Source: Tricharina praecox | Lineage: Eukaryota | Reading direction: 5' to 3' | Length of the DNA stretch: 64,000 nucleotides | Assembly (NCBI RefSeq): GCF_024521635.1 | Contig: NW_026250421.1 | Coordinates: forward strand, 620,001-684,000 | In this document: piece after piece, positions 47,777-60,922 of the stretch | Numbering within the stretch: the stretch's first letter is position 1 | How the letters are laid out: every line of letters begins with the position of its first letter | Program-made: the position numbers and the translations under genes | The notes under the pieces: generated by a model | What the model was told of the DNA's origin: nothing | The model's input: the letters and a program-made list of their open reading frames with translations, nothing else | The model's database searches: none

Positions 47777-48641
47777 CTAGAATTGACCTACATCAATAAC
47801 TGTCCCTTGATCGGATTCCCCTTCCTCGTCGCTCTCAGCCTCCTCGTCGTACCGAAACAGTGTGATGAATTTCCGACTGAGACTCTCATGGCGCATGCGA
47901 TTCGTCTGGCGAAACCCATTCAGCGTCGCAAAACTATCCAGATAGCAGCACGCCGTCAGCACCAATGTGACCTGTCACACACACACTATCTCCTCACGGC
48001 GGGAAAACCAACCAACTACTATTGAACCCGTCCATCCTTTCCCGTGAGACCTTATCAAACAGTCTCTTGACGCCCATAGCCACATCCCACACGCGCACGC
48101 CCTGCGGCCGCACGACGAGCAGCTGAAAAGTCGGCAGCACGATGACAAAGGTAGTGAGAGCCGGCTCGGTAGCGTACTGCTCCTTTACCGGCGAATCCTT
48201 GAGTAGCACGCCGGTGGCCATCTTGAGCGTTGGCCCGGACTTTGTAGCTTCCATATCCTTCTCGGCGTCCTTCTCATCCGGACAACCCAGACCATCCGGA
48301 CCATCCACCTCGATCGGTGCGGAACCGAAGTTTCCCCCCGCGTGAACACATTGGCGGTTCGGAAATGGCCGTTCTACTGGTGCTCGCGTGAGAACGATCG
48401 GCTCCGAGGTCGAGGCCCAGTTGCTCTGGAGTCGCTGCAGCACGGGGTGTATCGCTACCGGCTGCCGGAGGAGGTCGGCGTCGATTGTGGGTGGCTGGAG
48501 GAATAGTGTCCGGCGTAACCGCTGGCGGGAGAGGATCGTTGCGTTCCAGTCTTTGCAGACCCTGCGGGCGTTGATGAGGTCGTGCAGTGGTAGGTGCAGG
48601 AGGATGTGGTCGAGTAGGAAGGTGGGGATGTCGCTCTGCAT
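47777..48641 (-). CDS. F-box domain protein (3' exon structure uncertain)
   Basis: N-terminal IPTFLLDHILLHLPLHDLINARRVCKDWNATI...LRRTLFL F-box. Probable last exon 47971-47777, but no strong donor site identified. Confidence 0.7.
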
Positions 48642-51470
48642 GATTTTCGTATGCTTTCCTGGTTGGCTGGTAATGTATGTTTTTTTTTTCTGGAGGGGAA
48701 GCTGTATGGGGGGAGTTCTTTTCTGGGGGCGGTGGGGAAGGCCACATTAAATACGAGCCTACCAGAGTCCGTGTCTGTCTACATTTACACTGGCCGTATG
48801 TAGTAGGCTGGAATGTACGTAACCAAGTACCCAAGTACTCTACTCGCACCTACTACTACCTCAACTTCTTAGCGTCCACGACAACTGCACTTCCAGTTTT
48901 ACAGGCTGTCACACCTCTCCTCGGGAGTCGCAAGTCGCAACTGGCATCCACGATGGCCAGAACCGGATTGGACTGGATTGGATTTGATCGACGTGCATAG
49001 TGCGCGGTCCGTGCTGTCTGCCCCCAGTAAGCGTACCCGTACCCGCACATGGCGTCTAGGCCTGCCCCATGCGGCTGGGGAATCCGTGGGTTGGAATCGG
49101 ACGACGTTGGCCAGGACTGGGATCAGCCTGACGGTAGTAACTATCGCCGCCGGGGTGGGCGTATGTGACAGACGTCAGGGACTGTGTAGGAGGTGTACTA
49201 TAAAGTGCAGAATGACTTTGAGGAGTGCAGTATTCGACGCAATTTCTCCCATGCTTTTGCTGCGAGCGAGCTACACTCCCGGAGCAGAGGCACTGCCGCG
49301 AGGAAGCTGGAAGAGGAGGAGGCCGGAGTACTGCAATGGCCAATGCCAGCTGGCATCTGCGGGCCGGAGGGGAAGCCAAAGAAATGGGAGGAGATGGAGA
49401 GCTCGTGACCAACCACCGGTACTAGTACTCTATCTAACTACCCACTCTCGACATCTTTGACGAATGTCGGCTCTGCATGTCTACATATGGTGGCTGCTTC
49501 TTCACGACTCAGGCCCCCCACGACGCGCGAGAGGAGGGCCCAGCGCCGAAACGAGGTCGCTAGAGTAGAGTAGGTACCGGTACATATCTCAACTCTACTC
49601 CGACCACTCACCGGCCTCAACTCTAACCACCACTCACTGGCCCCCAACTCTAACTAACGCTACTCTATGCATACTCACCGACCTCGACAGCCGTCAAGTC
49701 ATTGGCGCGTTTCGGAGTGTTTGAATTCTCCCTAAGTTCCCGTCGCTCTGCTCGTCAGTCCTGTTAGTCCGACACTAAGTCCTCACCTAGGTACCGGTAC
49801 CCAGCAGCGTATCAAATTATCAGTCGCCTGCTCGCATACGCATCACGATCACGGCAGGTGAAGAATAAACTCCAAGAGGCTCGAGCGTCACTGTCTCATC
49901 GGATCGGGGTCGTTCGTTTGCCGTACCTATGTGGTTCTCCACGGAGAGGCGAGAATCGGCAACTTTGTCGGCAGCCGGGAGTCCGCTACGGTACAAGAGC
50001 AGTGGACATATTTACAGAGGTACATGGCCTCTTTACTTGCCTCGTTCTGTCACCCCTGCGGTATGTTCTTGCCACCGGGGAGGCCAAAGAATCGTAAAAG
50101 CGGTGGGGGCATTGTGAGGACAATTATGGAGGATGATGATGGATGGTATGCATCTACATAGCGAATGGAATAAGAGTCCGGGACCCAGTCTCTTGGTTTC
50201 GTCGTTTGCTTGCTTTCTTGCCGATCGCAAGAGTTGGGGCCGGTTGGTTCCGTGGTCATTGCAGGTCAACATAAGGAATTATACGAGATCATGGCTGCGC
50301 ATGTACCAATGATACCAACCCTATCGAATTAGCGTCGATGACAGTCGTATCAATGATCAATCCAATCTTCCTTTACCGAAGCTTACTTCCGCGGACCTTC
50401 TTTCTTCTCGCTACATATCCTATGTCCGATGGCAGAGGCAATTTCATCTTCATTCGCGACTACTCTACTTTGCTTCCAGTGGACTCCCTCGAATGCGTCG
50501 AGTTCCTATCATCCTATAAACCCGCCTCTCTACTTACCGAAGGGATTGGGATTGATACCGACTACCAAGTGCTTATACATGTACGTACGTACCGGTGGTA
50601 TTGTCGCTACCTATACATAGTACCGTAGTCTAAGTTCGGACCATTCACGATCACGATCGTGACAACAGCACCGTGCAGATGAAGCTTGGAGATCAGAGGA
50701 GCGCCGGCCGCCGCCGTGGTGCTCATGGATAATGATGATGATGATGATGATGAAACAAGTGGCAGCGCCACTTTCTGTAGTGTATGATACATACGGTAGG
50801 TAGTTATTATATGCGTTCTCGATCAGGAGTGGAAGTGACGGGCAGCGGGGTTCCTCTCGAGAACTCGTGCACTCGTGCATGAGCAACGTCAGAGTATGTA
50901 CTCGGGAGTCGGGATCGAGGGAAACTCAATTACCGGTTGGTTGGGTTGACTTCCAGGAAGCGATATGCGGCATGCAGAAGACTGCAGGTTGGTTACCAAA
51001 TACGTGGTAACGATACGTTCATCCTCGCCATTGGCCGATACGGCTGCGTTGGCGGTACACATTCCGTCTCTTATGTGGCCGCCCCATTGGTCCCGGACTC
51101 CTGGAATGTCGGTCCGAGTTCGCGGTGCAGATAGGGCGTAGTTAGACTCCAGAGTGTCGGTAGGTGGTGCGGATCACGATCATGAGTGGGAAGGAAGAGG
51201 GGGGAATGCAGTGGGGGGAATGCGGATGACTGCTAACTGGCCCATTCATGCTCGATGATGCAGCTCCCAGTGCGCTGGGAAAAATCAATCGACAAGATCT
51301 TGATCTTGAACTTGCACCACGAATAATGGCCATTGACCAGTCCCTGGCACCTGGCACCTGCACCACCATCAACGAATCCAAAATAGCAAGAGAGACAATC
51401 CATGATTCATTCCGTTTCGTCGGATCACACTGCACAGAGAACTCCAATTGTCAGCTGTCCCAGCTCCATG

Positions 51471-51569
51471 GACGCTTCAACAGTGAACAGAGCACTCTCC
51501 ATGCTCCGGAACCTACGGACACTTCAACAGTGAACAGAGCACTCTCCATGCTCCGGAACCTACGGACAC
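51471..51569 (+). repeat. Near-perfect 47-bp tandem duplication
   Basis: GAC(G/A)CTTCAACAGTGAACAGAGCACTCTCCATGCTCCGGAACCTACG at 51471 and 51518. Confidence 0.95.
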
Positions 51570-52561
51570 GCTTCCCTTTCGTCGAGCGAGCCATCGTGCA
51601 ATGAATCGCCCAGGTGGCACCCAGTTTCGTGGGCAGGGCGGCAGGGCAGTTGCACACCCAGCTCTGATTCATCGCCACACCAATCCAATCCTCGTCACGA
51701 GCCCCGACGAAGTTACGAACGTGGGGGATGACACCAGACGTCGGCCGAGATTGTCCTCTCGCGAGTCTGTTTCTGGTTCGGTTGCTACCTGCCCACATAC
51801 CTACATTCTATCTATGGGTTCGGATCGCGAGTGAAACCCAGTGAATGGCTTCGTGTGAATGTGAATGGCTCCCGGCAAGCATCACCCATCAGCCCTGCCC
51901 GGAATGTTTGTTCCTTTGACGAGCGTGATGACGACGCATCCATCCCGAGCGAGTGGACGTCAGGAGGGAGGGAGGGGGTGGCGACGTGCACCTATGATAT
52001 GAGGTAGGTATGTACGGAGGACGATCGATCATCCCTTTCCAGTGGTACTGATACATACATGTGTAGAGTACGGAGGACGACGGTGACGATACCCTCTACC
52101 TAGGTGTAGATGGCTTGACCTGTCGATTGGTTATCCCAGACTACCAGAGCCAGTTCAATGTCTACAGTCAATTGCTACTCATTTGCTTTCAGCCCGAGAG
52201 ATCTGCCACCTCCCCATTAACGACGGTACGCTGATGTACCGTACAAGACCGCCATGGTTGGCACGACGTCGACTGGGAGGCGTATCGTAACCAAGTATTA
52301 CCCGTGCCTGTACAAGCAAGAACAGGACTCGCATGTGAGCATCGTGAGGAGAGCGATTTGTTTCATCGAAGCATCGAAACAACAATTCAACATTATCCCT
52401 ATCGTAACCCACTGCCGTCGACAGCACTCTCGTCCTCACTCCCTACCTACCGCTACGAACCAAAAGTAATGAGATAGAAAACAAAAAAACATTATACAAG
52501 ATGAAATGAAACGAAACCCCTTTTCCATTTCCATTTTATACATCGCATCATGAAGTCACAC

Positions 52562-54000
52562 CTATGCCTTACGACTCTGCTTCTTCATGGCGTCCTTGTT
52601 CTCCTTCTGGCGCTCCTTCTCGAGGAACTTCTTCTGCTCGGCCGCACTCATGTTGCGCAGCTTGGCGTCGCGGTCTGCCTTCTTCTTCTCGGCAAGCTTG
52701 AACTCGCGCTCTTCCTTGGTGTCTTCCTCGATCGCGCGCTTGAGCTTGCGGGTCTCGTCTTCGCGGGTGGCCTTGACTTTGCGCAGCACCTCGGGACGGA
52801 AGTGGGCGTTCGCTGCGAGGTGGTCGGTGAGACGGATGAACGCGCTGACTAGACGCTGGAGCAGCTCGGGGTCGGTGGAGGACGAAGGCAGGGTGATCTC
52901 AAGCGTGATGCGCTTGCGCGCGGTCAATTCCGACAGCCTGGAGTGTGTCGTTAGTTATCGTTGCTACTCGATTTGCTACGTGGAAGATGAGGGAACTTAC
53001 GTGGTGGGCTTCTCCTTGGGCAAGTCGGTAACGAGCAACAGCTCCAAGAAGCTCTGGCACTCCTTAACGACCTCCTTGAGTTCCTTGTACAGACACATAT
53101 CACCAATCTCCTTGCTCTCGCCCATGACGGCCAACCACTCGGGCAGACCCTCCCAGTCACTCGTGCGGGTGAGGGAGAGATCGTAGCGCTCCTCGCGCCA
53201 GCGCCTCATCTGGCGCTTATTGACGAGAGCCCAGACAAAGTTATCATACTTGGAGTTTCCCTGGATCTTGGTGGGCTCAGCGCCGTCGAACGGCTGGATG
53301 ATCATGGTGATGGTATCTTTCGGCATGGGCACCTGATCGAAAAAAAACGAGACGATGAGCTCGATCAACCACGAGATGGGATTGTTCCGGCGCTGCAGCT
53401 TGATGGCCGTGTGCATGAACGCGATGTTGTTACGCCCGGTAGCGTACGAGACGAATTCCTGGTGCGAGACATCCTTGACCGCGTCTTCGACGGCAAACTC
53501 TTGCAGGTCCGACGCGGGCTTCGTGAAGCCTACTTGAGCGAATTCTTTGGTGAGGACGGGCGCGATGGAGGCGAGGAAGCCGGCTGCGATCGCTTTGTTG
53601 CGGCGGGAACCCCAGATATGCAGGCCGACGACGATACAGAGCAGGAGGAGAACCCAGCCTTCGGCTTGGAACTCGGAGAGCGAGTGGCGCTCCCAGACTT
53701 CGTACCACTGGCTGGTAGGTAAGCCGGGTGTGCCGAAGGGTGTGCTGCTAGATGCAAATGAGAGGGGGGAGATTGAGGCAGCGGACTCGGCGACGGGAGA
53801 TGGTGTCGCTGGAGATGGTGAAGCGAACTCGGCAAAGTCTATTGTACCCGAGTTGATGAGAAAGAGTTCGACGGCGACGAGTAGGGTTACAACAGAGATG
53901 GAGGACAGGTGGATAACATACCGTCGTCTGAGGGAGCAGCGCTGGCGATACTCGAGACTGAGCTCGCGGCCTTGAAGAAACCTCCGATTATATCGGCCAT
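52562..54000 (-). CDS. CCDC47/DUF1682 family ER membrane protein (PAT complex subunit-like), 3 exons
   Basis: MADIIGGFF...DDDFAEF, WYEVWERHSLSEF + TM + WGSRRNKAIA, YATGRNN, YDNFVWALVNK, RYDLSLT, C-terminal KLRNMSAAEQKKFLEKERQKE coiled coil. Confidence 0.88.
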
Positions 54001-54524
54001 GATGAATGAATTTGGTGGAGCAGGATTGATGCTGCCACGTTTGAGGAGCTGGGGATATTTGGTGAGGGATGCAATGCCTTGGATGGAGGAGAAATGAAAA
54101 AGGAGATGAGACTTTGTATTCGACTCGGTCCGGGGAAGAGAGTGTCGTGTCGTCTTTCTCGCCGGGCGTACGCTAGTTAACGCTGCTAAGACACTCAACA
54201 ACTGTGGCACCTGCTTAAAAGCCGGGCGTCGGCGTCGTGTCGCAACCATGGTCGATTGAGCCGCATCGCTGCGTACAACTCAGCGAACCGAACAGATGCC
54301 GGGGCCGATTGGGGAGCGTTTCATTCATCGCGGATGACAACCCCTTTCCATCTTTATTCCACCGCAGATATTTGGGATATGCATAGCTTTGATAACAGTT
54401 GGCATCGGTGAGAACGCGGTTTCAACATTCGACTGGTATTCGAATTCATTCTATACACATTCCGCCCGCACGCCCCCCACCCAGCCCCTACAGAAACTAT
54501 TTACCTGCCGCATGCATGGCGGAT

Positions 54525-55187
54525 CTAGTAGAAGGTCTTCTTGCCCTGCAGAATCCCAGAATTGATCAGTAACATGCTCCACGGACCACAGTAGTGGACT
54601 AGGGAAACGTACGGCAGCCATTCTGACCATGCCGTAGATGGAGCCAGCGACACCAACACCGAGGATGGCGAAGTAAGGAAGGAGAAGGACCCTAGACCGA
54701 GGGTGCTGTAGACTCACTGTCAGTCGAAGAACCGCATAGCGTCTTCCGTTCTGTCGTGATCGCCGAAACCACCAATAAACCGCCGTCGCCGCCGCCGTCG
54801 CCCGTGAAACAATCCCGTTCGGCTGCGCGTAACACCAAAAGCGCGAGCATGCGGTTTTTAGGTGAGCGCTGGGGAGTACGGAGTTGGAATGCGAGCAGCG
54901 GACTGCGAATGACGACAATCGGTGGTATCGGCGATACAGACGGAATCAGGTCATTTCGGGTCCTTCGATGAACGAACCTTGTTCCAAAGTCTCACGCCGT
55001 CATCCCTCTGGTAGAGCCTCTGGTACTGAGGGACCTTGTTCTCCTTGTAGATAAAGCCACTGTTTCGTTGAAGCCACCCGACGGGTTAGCCCACATATCC
55101 TCGGCTTCACACAATCACTGGTAGCCCCTCCACCCGCCCGGAATCTGCCGTCGGAGAAGGGGAACACGGGGAGGGGACGTACGCCAT
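54525..55187 (-). CDS. COX7: Cytochrome c oxidase subunit VII-like, 66 aa; exons 55187-55183, 55059-54978, 54705-54613, 54545-54525
   Basis: Spliced product MAGFIYKENKVPQYQRLYQRDDGVRLWNKHPRSRVLLLPYFAILGVGVAGSIYGMVRMAAGKKTFY*. All introns GT-AG and in frame. Only partly visible in the ORF track. Confidence 0.85.
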
Positions 55188-55474
55188 TGCGATTTCGTTC
55201 GATCGGTAAGAGTGGAGAGAGTTTCGTCGAGCGTGTAGTTGGTAGTGGAGGTGAATGCAGTTGTTCCGAGGATTGCTCTAGTGGGGGGGGGGAAATGGGG
55301 CGATGGAGATTCAATTTAGCGGAAGTCGGATGACATCGCTTATCGAATTACCTAATCGGATCTTATCAGATTACAACCATCAACTTGAATCAAACACAAG
55401 CGTGCGACCAGAGCTTCGTTACAGCTCCCCCACTCGACCATCCCCTCGACGAATCAGCCTCCACCGTCGACACG

Positions 55475-56016
55475 ATGTCCTTCTACTTCGCGATAATAGG
55501 AACCAAAGACAACCCCATTTACGAGTGCGAGTTCGGGACCTCAAAGCAGGGCGGTGATGGAAACGCGAGGGTGAGCTTATTCCCACCAACTTTACGGAGG
55601 GCCGGTCATTAACGAAACGGGCCGAATCCAGTTCCCCGACGAGCAACGCGCTATGAATCAGTTTGTCCTCCACTCTGCCCTCGATATCGTCGAGGAGATA
55701 CAATGGGTACAACGCGATCTATACCTTAAGACCGTCGACCGCTTCAACAACCTACTGGTATCATGTTTCCTCACAGCCGGCAGTACGGAACCCTCCCTCA
55801 ACCCCGACGTGCACGCGGAGCTCTGACTCGAGAATAGATATCAAGCTGCTTCTACTCCACGACACGAAAGTCGAGGAACCCATACGGCAGTTCTTCGCGG
55901 ACGTGCACGAGGCGTACATCAAGACGCTCATGAACCCATTCTACGACATCGACATGCGGATCACGAGCGTTATCTTCGACGCGAGAGTTAGGGCGGCTGC
56001 AAAAAAGTACCTATAA
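55475..56016 (+). CDS. TRS20: TRAPP complex subunit (Sedlin/TRAPPC2), 3 exons
   Basis: MSFYFAIIGTKDNPIYECEFGT, NQFVLHSALDIVEE, YLKTVDRF, VSCFLTAG, YIKTLMNPFY, FDARVRAAAKKYL*. Confidence 0.95.
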
Positions 56017-58363
56017 AGAGTTCTCGGTCCTACATACCTATATGGAATTTTCTACGGCGTTTTCGGGTCCCCTTTCTTTGTCTTGCTCTTATTCTAGACC
56101 TGTAATATATCCACACACCCTTCAGATGGTAATCGAAAAGAGATTGTGCTAGTAAAGTCATATGTGGCTAGTTAAACGTGTTTACATCGACATTTTGGAT
56201 CACACGCACTATTCTGTAGGCAGGCGAAGAGCGACCCAGCGAGGCAGGAAAACACCAAAGCGATCTAACTTGTCTGCCTGGAACACACCTTTTTACGGTT
56301 CTGTGGGTAGTAGTGCGTAGATACGATGTTGGGCTGGTAGTATCTAGGTAGGTAGAAGAGAATAGGATATGGCATAATATGTGAAGCAGGAAGAGAGCGG
56401 GGTGTTTTGATGGGACGCCACAATGGCCCGGACACGGGGGCGGAGGCGGACAATGGCGAGACAAAGGAAATTATACGGGGAAGGTAGGCACGGTCAGAAA
56501 ACCAGAGATTCCGACCCGCGTATGGTCAGTGGAGAAGAACGGCGGGATCTGACGAGTTAACAAGTTGAGGCCCGGTTACGGATGGTGGTAGCGATAAACA
56601 CAGTCCCAGGGGGAGCAGGAGCAGGAAGTGGCGGATCCGAGGGTAGTTAGAGATGAGGTGTCGCTGGGCCGGCTGGCGGTATTCTTTCCTTCCTTCTTTC
56701 CTTCTTGTCTGCATCTCCACATCTGATTTCCTTGGTGCGCTGCAAGACAGGGCTGGGAGGAGAGCAAAAGAGAAACCCACCCACACCGAGCTCACGGTCA
56801 GCGGCCGGGGACAGTGGGGTCAAATCGGACATGTAATACAGCCATGATGTAGTAAGGTCGAATGCTGTGATGATTAAACAAGAAAAACGTGGAGGCGAGA
56901 AGAGAAGAGAAGACCCCAGCATAATATCCTCAGTGGGAAGCAGGTGAATCGCAGCTGAGTATTTCTGGCATAGCATGTTTATTCTCATCCACATCTCCCG
57001 GACGCATCGAAGCCAGCACAACAGCGCCGGAGCGTGAGATGGAAGAGTAATCCAGGCGCTCAGAATCGCGGGGCACCTACCATTTCATAAGGGTCGAAGT
57101 CACATATCCAGCACGGAAAAAACCCCCGCGTGGTCTAGTGGTATACAACCTAGGCCATGCAATCGGCGAGGGGAGTTGAGGAAAAGGTTTAGGTTCAGCC
57201 CAGGTGAAAGACCTTTCTTCTCAGCTCTCCTGGGGCTTCCAAGCCACCCACCGAGGGTGGTGACGGTTTTTGTTTTTGACGTGGCGGGTGGATCACGAGA
57301 CATCACTCGGTAATACCACGTGACATGACTGCTCGCCGTCCTGGTCGGCGTGGATCATTCCCATCTGCTGCGAGGGGGGCACTGATATCTCTACTTCTCC
57401 AGCTGTTTCCAAACCACAATATCTCGCAGCAGAGACTATGCCAGTGCTGTTGCCAGCCGTAACTGGGCTCCTGGTGGCAGCAAGATTCGCTTTGGTAAGA
57501 GTTTTTGGAGGGACGAGCGGAAGAGCGGTGGTGCTGCTCGAAGACCCTCTTTTTACTCCGCATTCGGTACGGGAGGAACATTGTTGCCGAATTCCCCCGC
57601 TGCCGATGAGTCCCTTGCGGAAGGCCTTACAACCCTCAATTGGATACCTACGTCATCAGAGGATCCGTCATTCAGCGCGGTCACAACAATCACTCGGGGA
57701 GGGGCTCGAGATTTATAATTACTGATACTTCCACCCCTCAGCGACTGGCCTGCCGGTAGTTACTCCCCTCCTCCTCCAATGGCTATTCTCCTCCTTCAAC
57801 AGGAAACACACCTTCCACCGCCGCCGTCATTTGCCCAGCAAGAGAGCATATTCTACTCTACTATGCTGAAGACACTCGAAAAGTCAGAGTATGAAAGGGA
57901 TACATGTATAGTATCGGCGTCATCGGTTTCTGGAAAGTCCATCGACCATGGTTCGGCATCACTAATTCTTGTCTGCCCCTACTCTGGAGCAGCATCGAGA
58001 AGGGGAGAAACGGTCTAAAAAACATATTCCAGATTCGCTCGCAAAACCGCTCGCATCATATCGTAGGTATACAGCTTTTTCCACCCGTTCCCTCTCACCG
58101 CTTCGTCATTTCTGTCTCCTCGGCAAAGTAGCCGCCGAACTGTTCTTCACGATAGTTACCACTCCGTGGCAGCCCATCGAAACCTAATATCCTCAACGTA
58201 CTGAAAAAAAACAAGAAGTATAAAATGACACAATGATGACACAAAGAAAAGAAAAAAACACTCCTAATGATATCTGCTCGCCTTTAATAATGCTATGGCC
58301 TTTGGAGACGATTCGACACCAGGCACGAAACCACATCCATCCTTCACTCGTCTTCCGGGTTCG

Positions 58364-59497
58364 TTAGGCTAGGTTGATCATGATGATATCGCGGCCGTCG
58401 GGCTCCTCCAAGCACGCCTCGACCCTAGCTCTGATGGACTCCAGCCCACCATAACAGTGCACCTCTCTCGGAAACAGTTCCTTCTTTCCCCTTCCAGCAA
58501 ATTGGAACTCATACCCCTTCTCGAAGCGCTCCACAAAGATCTCCCACGGAATATGCAGCTTTGCGTCCTTAACGCACTGCCTGAACTGGCGGCCGCACCA
58601 CTTCTTAGCCGGATTGCTGAGATGCGTGACCACAAGCCGCGGCCAGAGAAAGGTCGACCAGTTCTTGCCGCCGGGCGCCGACATGACGGCCCAGTTCATC
58701 CGCACGAACATCTGCTCCGAGCTCTTGCGGGGCTCCTGAGGGTGCGCCCTGTCGAACTGCTCCCAGTGCTCCCGCATCATGTCCTGGCCGCGCAGGAACG
58801 CTGCCATGAGCCGCTCGAACTGGTTGCTGGCCGAGTTGGGGTCCTCGAGCTCGTCCGTGGACATGGCAGAGGTCTCGTCGAGCACGCGGTACCACGCGAT
58901 GGCGATGTAGACGTCGTGCAGGGCGCGGAAGAACGTGAAGTTGTGGTAGTCGTCCGCGGTGATCTCCCGGCTCGGGAGCCAGTCGTTGTACATGTGGTGG
59001 AGCCGGAGCTTCTCGTCCAGGATGCCGAGCCGGGCATCCGTGAGCGGGGGGTTGATGGCGTTGTATGCCGCTTCGAGGAGGGCTCGCGGGGACGGTGAGC
59101 TCGGCCTCGGGGCGGCTGCGGCGGACTCGGAGTAGGAGTAGAACTCGAAGCCGTAATGCTTATTCCCACATTCGAGGAAGAGGTCCCCGAACGGGATGTT
59201 TGGCGCCTTCGGAGGGCTCTTCCACTCCCCATCGGTGGGTGGGCGCTTGGGCTGTAGGTGTGCGATGGGTGGCTGGGCTGGGTCGCTGACGAGGAGACCA
59301 ACCTGGGAGGAAGCCTCTACCACCGTCGTCGTGCCCAATATGGTCTGAGGCATCTGGATGGTGTTGGAGGACGACGGGATGTTTGCTGTTACTGGTATCT
59401 GGAGGTTTTCATGGTAGCGAGAGCGAGAGCGGGTAGTATTGCGGAGGTTGTAGTTGTGGTTGTGGTTGTCGTCGTATTTAGCAGCGGTCCTGGCCAT
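58364..59497 (-). CDS. Hypothetical protein (377 aa), no recognised family
   Basis: Long intronless ORF with strong C/G-ending codon bias and a globular-looking C-terminal ~250 aa. Start could be 59497 or 59353. Confidence 0.7.
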   Translation of the reverse strand: MARTAAKYDDNHNHNYNLRNTTRSRSRYHENLQIPVTANIPSSSNTIQMPQTILGTTTVVEASSQVGLLVSDPAQPPIAHLQPKRPPTDGEWKSPPKAPNIPFGDLFLECGNKHYGFEFYSYSESAAAAPRPSSPSPRALLEAAYNAINPPLTDARLGILDEKLRLHHMYNDWLPSREITADDYHNFTFFRALHDVYIAIAWYRVLDETSAMSTDELEDPNSASNQFERLMAAFLRGQDMMREHWEQFDRAHPQEPRKSSEQMFVRMNWAVMSAPGGKNWSTFLWPRLVVTHLSNPAKKWCGRQFRQCVKDAKLHIPWEIFVERFEKGYEFQFAGRGKKELFPREVHCYGGLESIRARVEACLEEPDGRDIIMINLA

Positions 59498-60350
59498 GGT
59501 CCGGATCGTGATTTGGTATTAGGTTTCGTCGCCATGAACTGCTGGAAGTAATCATAGGAAAGCTCAATGTTTAGAGCTAAAGCTTGAGGTTAGACCGCCC
59601 TGTCTGCAACCAAGCGCATGCGTACCGAAATGCATCCAGGCTTAACTACTTGGGCTCGAGGATGCCGTCCACTCTTGGTCGGTGCTCCAAGCTCCCACCG
59701 AGCCCCCGAGTGAGCACAACAAATCCAGAAAACACACGGAATCCGCCCATCCCATCCAGCGCCAGGAGTCCACCCATCCATACCGTCCAGCCCATCCGAC
59801 ACGAGTCGCCTGGCCTGACGCTAGACCGGCACATACCATCACTCATCAGCGACCCGAACTGAACCCAAAATCCTGCGAAACCCGAGGGACTCGGACCATA
59901 ATCGTATGGCCACGACGCTCCCACAGATTCAGCTACGTACGTTCACTCTTTCGATCACGTCGCCGCCGTCGGAGGTTAAACGCTATGGAAGTCTCACCGC
60001 CGTCCAGCGGCCAACCCAGAGAGTTTCACATACGTACTTCTACCTCCTAGCTACTATGTACGAGCGGCGAGGGCATTCTCGCCCGCCCAATCCGATAACC
60101 GCGGCCTGGCCATGATTGGGATCAGTATGCGTGTCTACATAGAAAGTTAGCCGTTGCTAGGTCTCGGTCCCTAGGCGAACCCGGTGAGGAAGTTAATCGC
60201 GCTAGACGACGAGCCTACGGAGCCTGTGGGAGAGATGATGTATCATACGTGGAGGATTCAATGGACTTACCAGGGAAAGGACCAGATTTCTCGGTATAAC
60301 AAGCAGGTACGTACTTGGGCAGGTATGCTTTGTTCCGTGCTGGAAACATC

Positions 60351-60922
60351 TTGTTTTTTTGTCCATTCATTGATTGCATGCGACCTATCTAGATCATGGC
60401 AATATCATCTACCCGTGTGTCCCCCCGTTTCCTCGCTACTGTCCAACCCAACTTTCATCAGGCGGCCCGATGTGGCTTCCCCTGCCCTCCGCCCTGGCCG
60501 TTCCCGAAAGTATATTTCCACCGTTCGCGCCCTCGGGTCGTCCCTCCTCCTCCTCCTCCTCCTCCTCGCTTCAGCCCCGCTCTCTCTTCCCGCTCCCTGA
60601 GCTCCTACTCGGATGCCTCGCTTGCTGCATCTTCCTCATCGGCCTCTGGTATTCGTCTGCCCACATCAGTGGTGGAGAGGAACTCTAGGATGGCCTTACT
60701 GCATCGCTCATCTGCGAAGAGGTCCCGGATTTTGAAGCGGTCTTTGCCCCTCCTTGTCTGCTTCCGGACTTCTGCCTAGAGTGCCTTTGGCTGACTTTTC
60801 CATTCAGGGCAATTTTTGAAGAGGTGCTCCCGGGTCTGTGTCTTGTAGCGGCACTAGCCGCACCGGGCATCCACGCGGATTTTGGTCCACTGGAGGTACT
60901 GGCCGGTGAGGCAGTGATCTGT
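60351..60922 (-). mobile_element. 5'-truncated LINE copy 2 (same family as 20891-21842), degenerate
   Basis: High identity to copy 1 (HCLTG...EHLFKNCPEWKSQ...RRGKDRFKIRDLFADERC and 3' UTR). T-rich tail at 60351-60360. Perfect 14-bp TSD GTGCTGGAAACATC (60337-60350, 60923-60936). Internal deletion and stop codons. Confidence 0.9.

Noticed and set aside
16720..49690. Recurrent TAGAGTAGAG/GTAC/TAGGTA motifs in intergenic DNA (~16728, 23318, 24528, 28630, 49561)
   Set aside because: Short low-complexity motifs without shared boundaries or TSDs; they cannot support an element.
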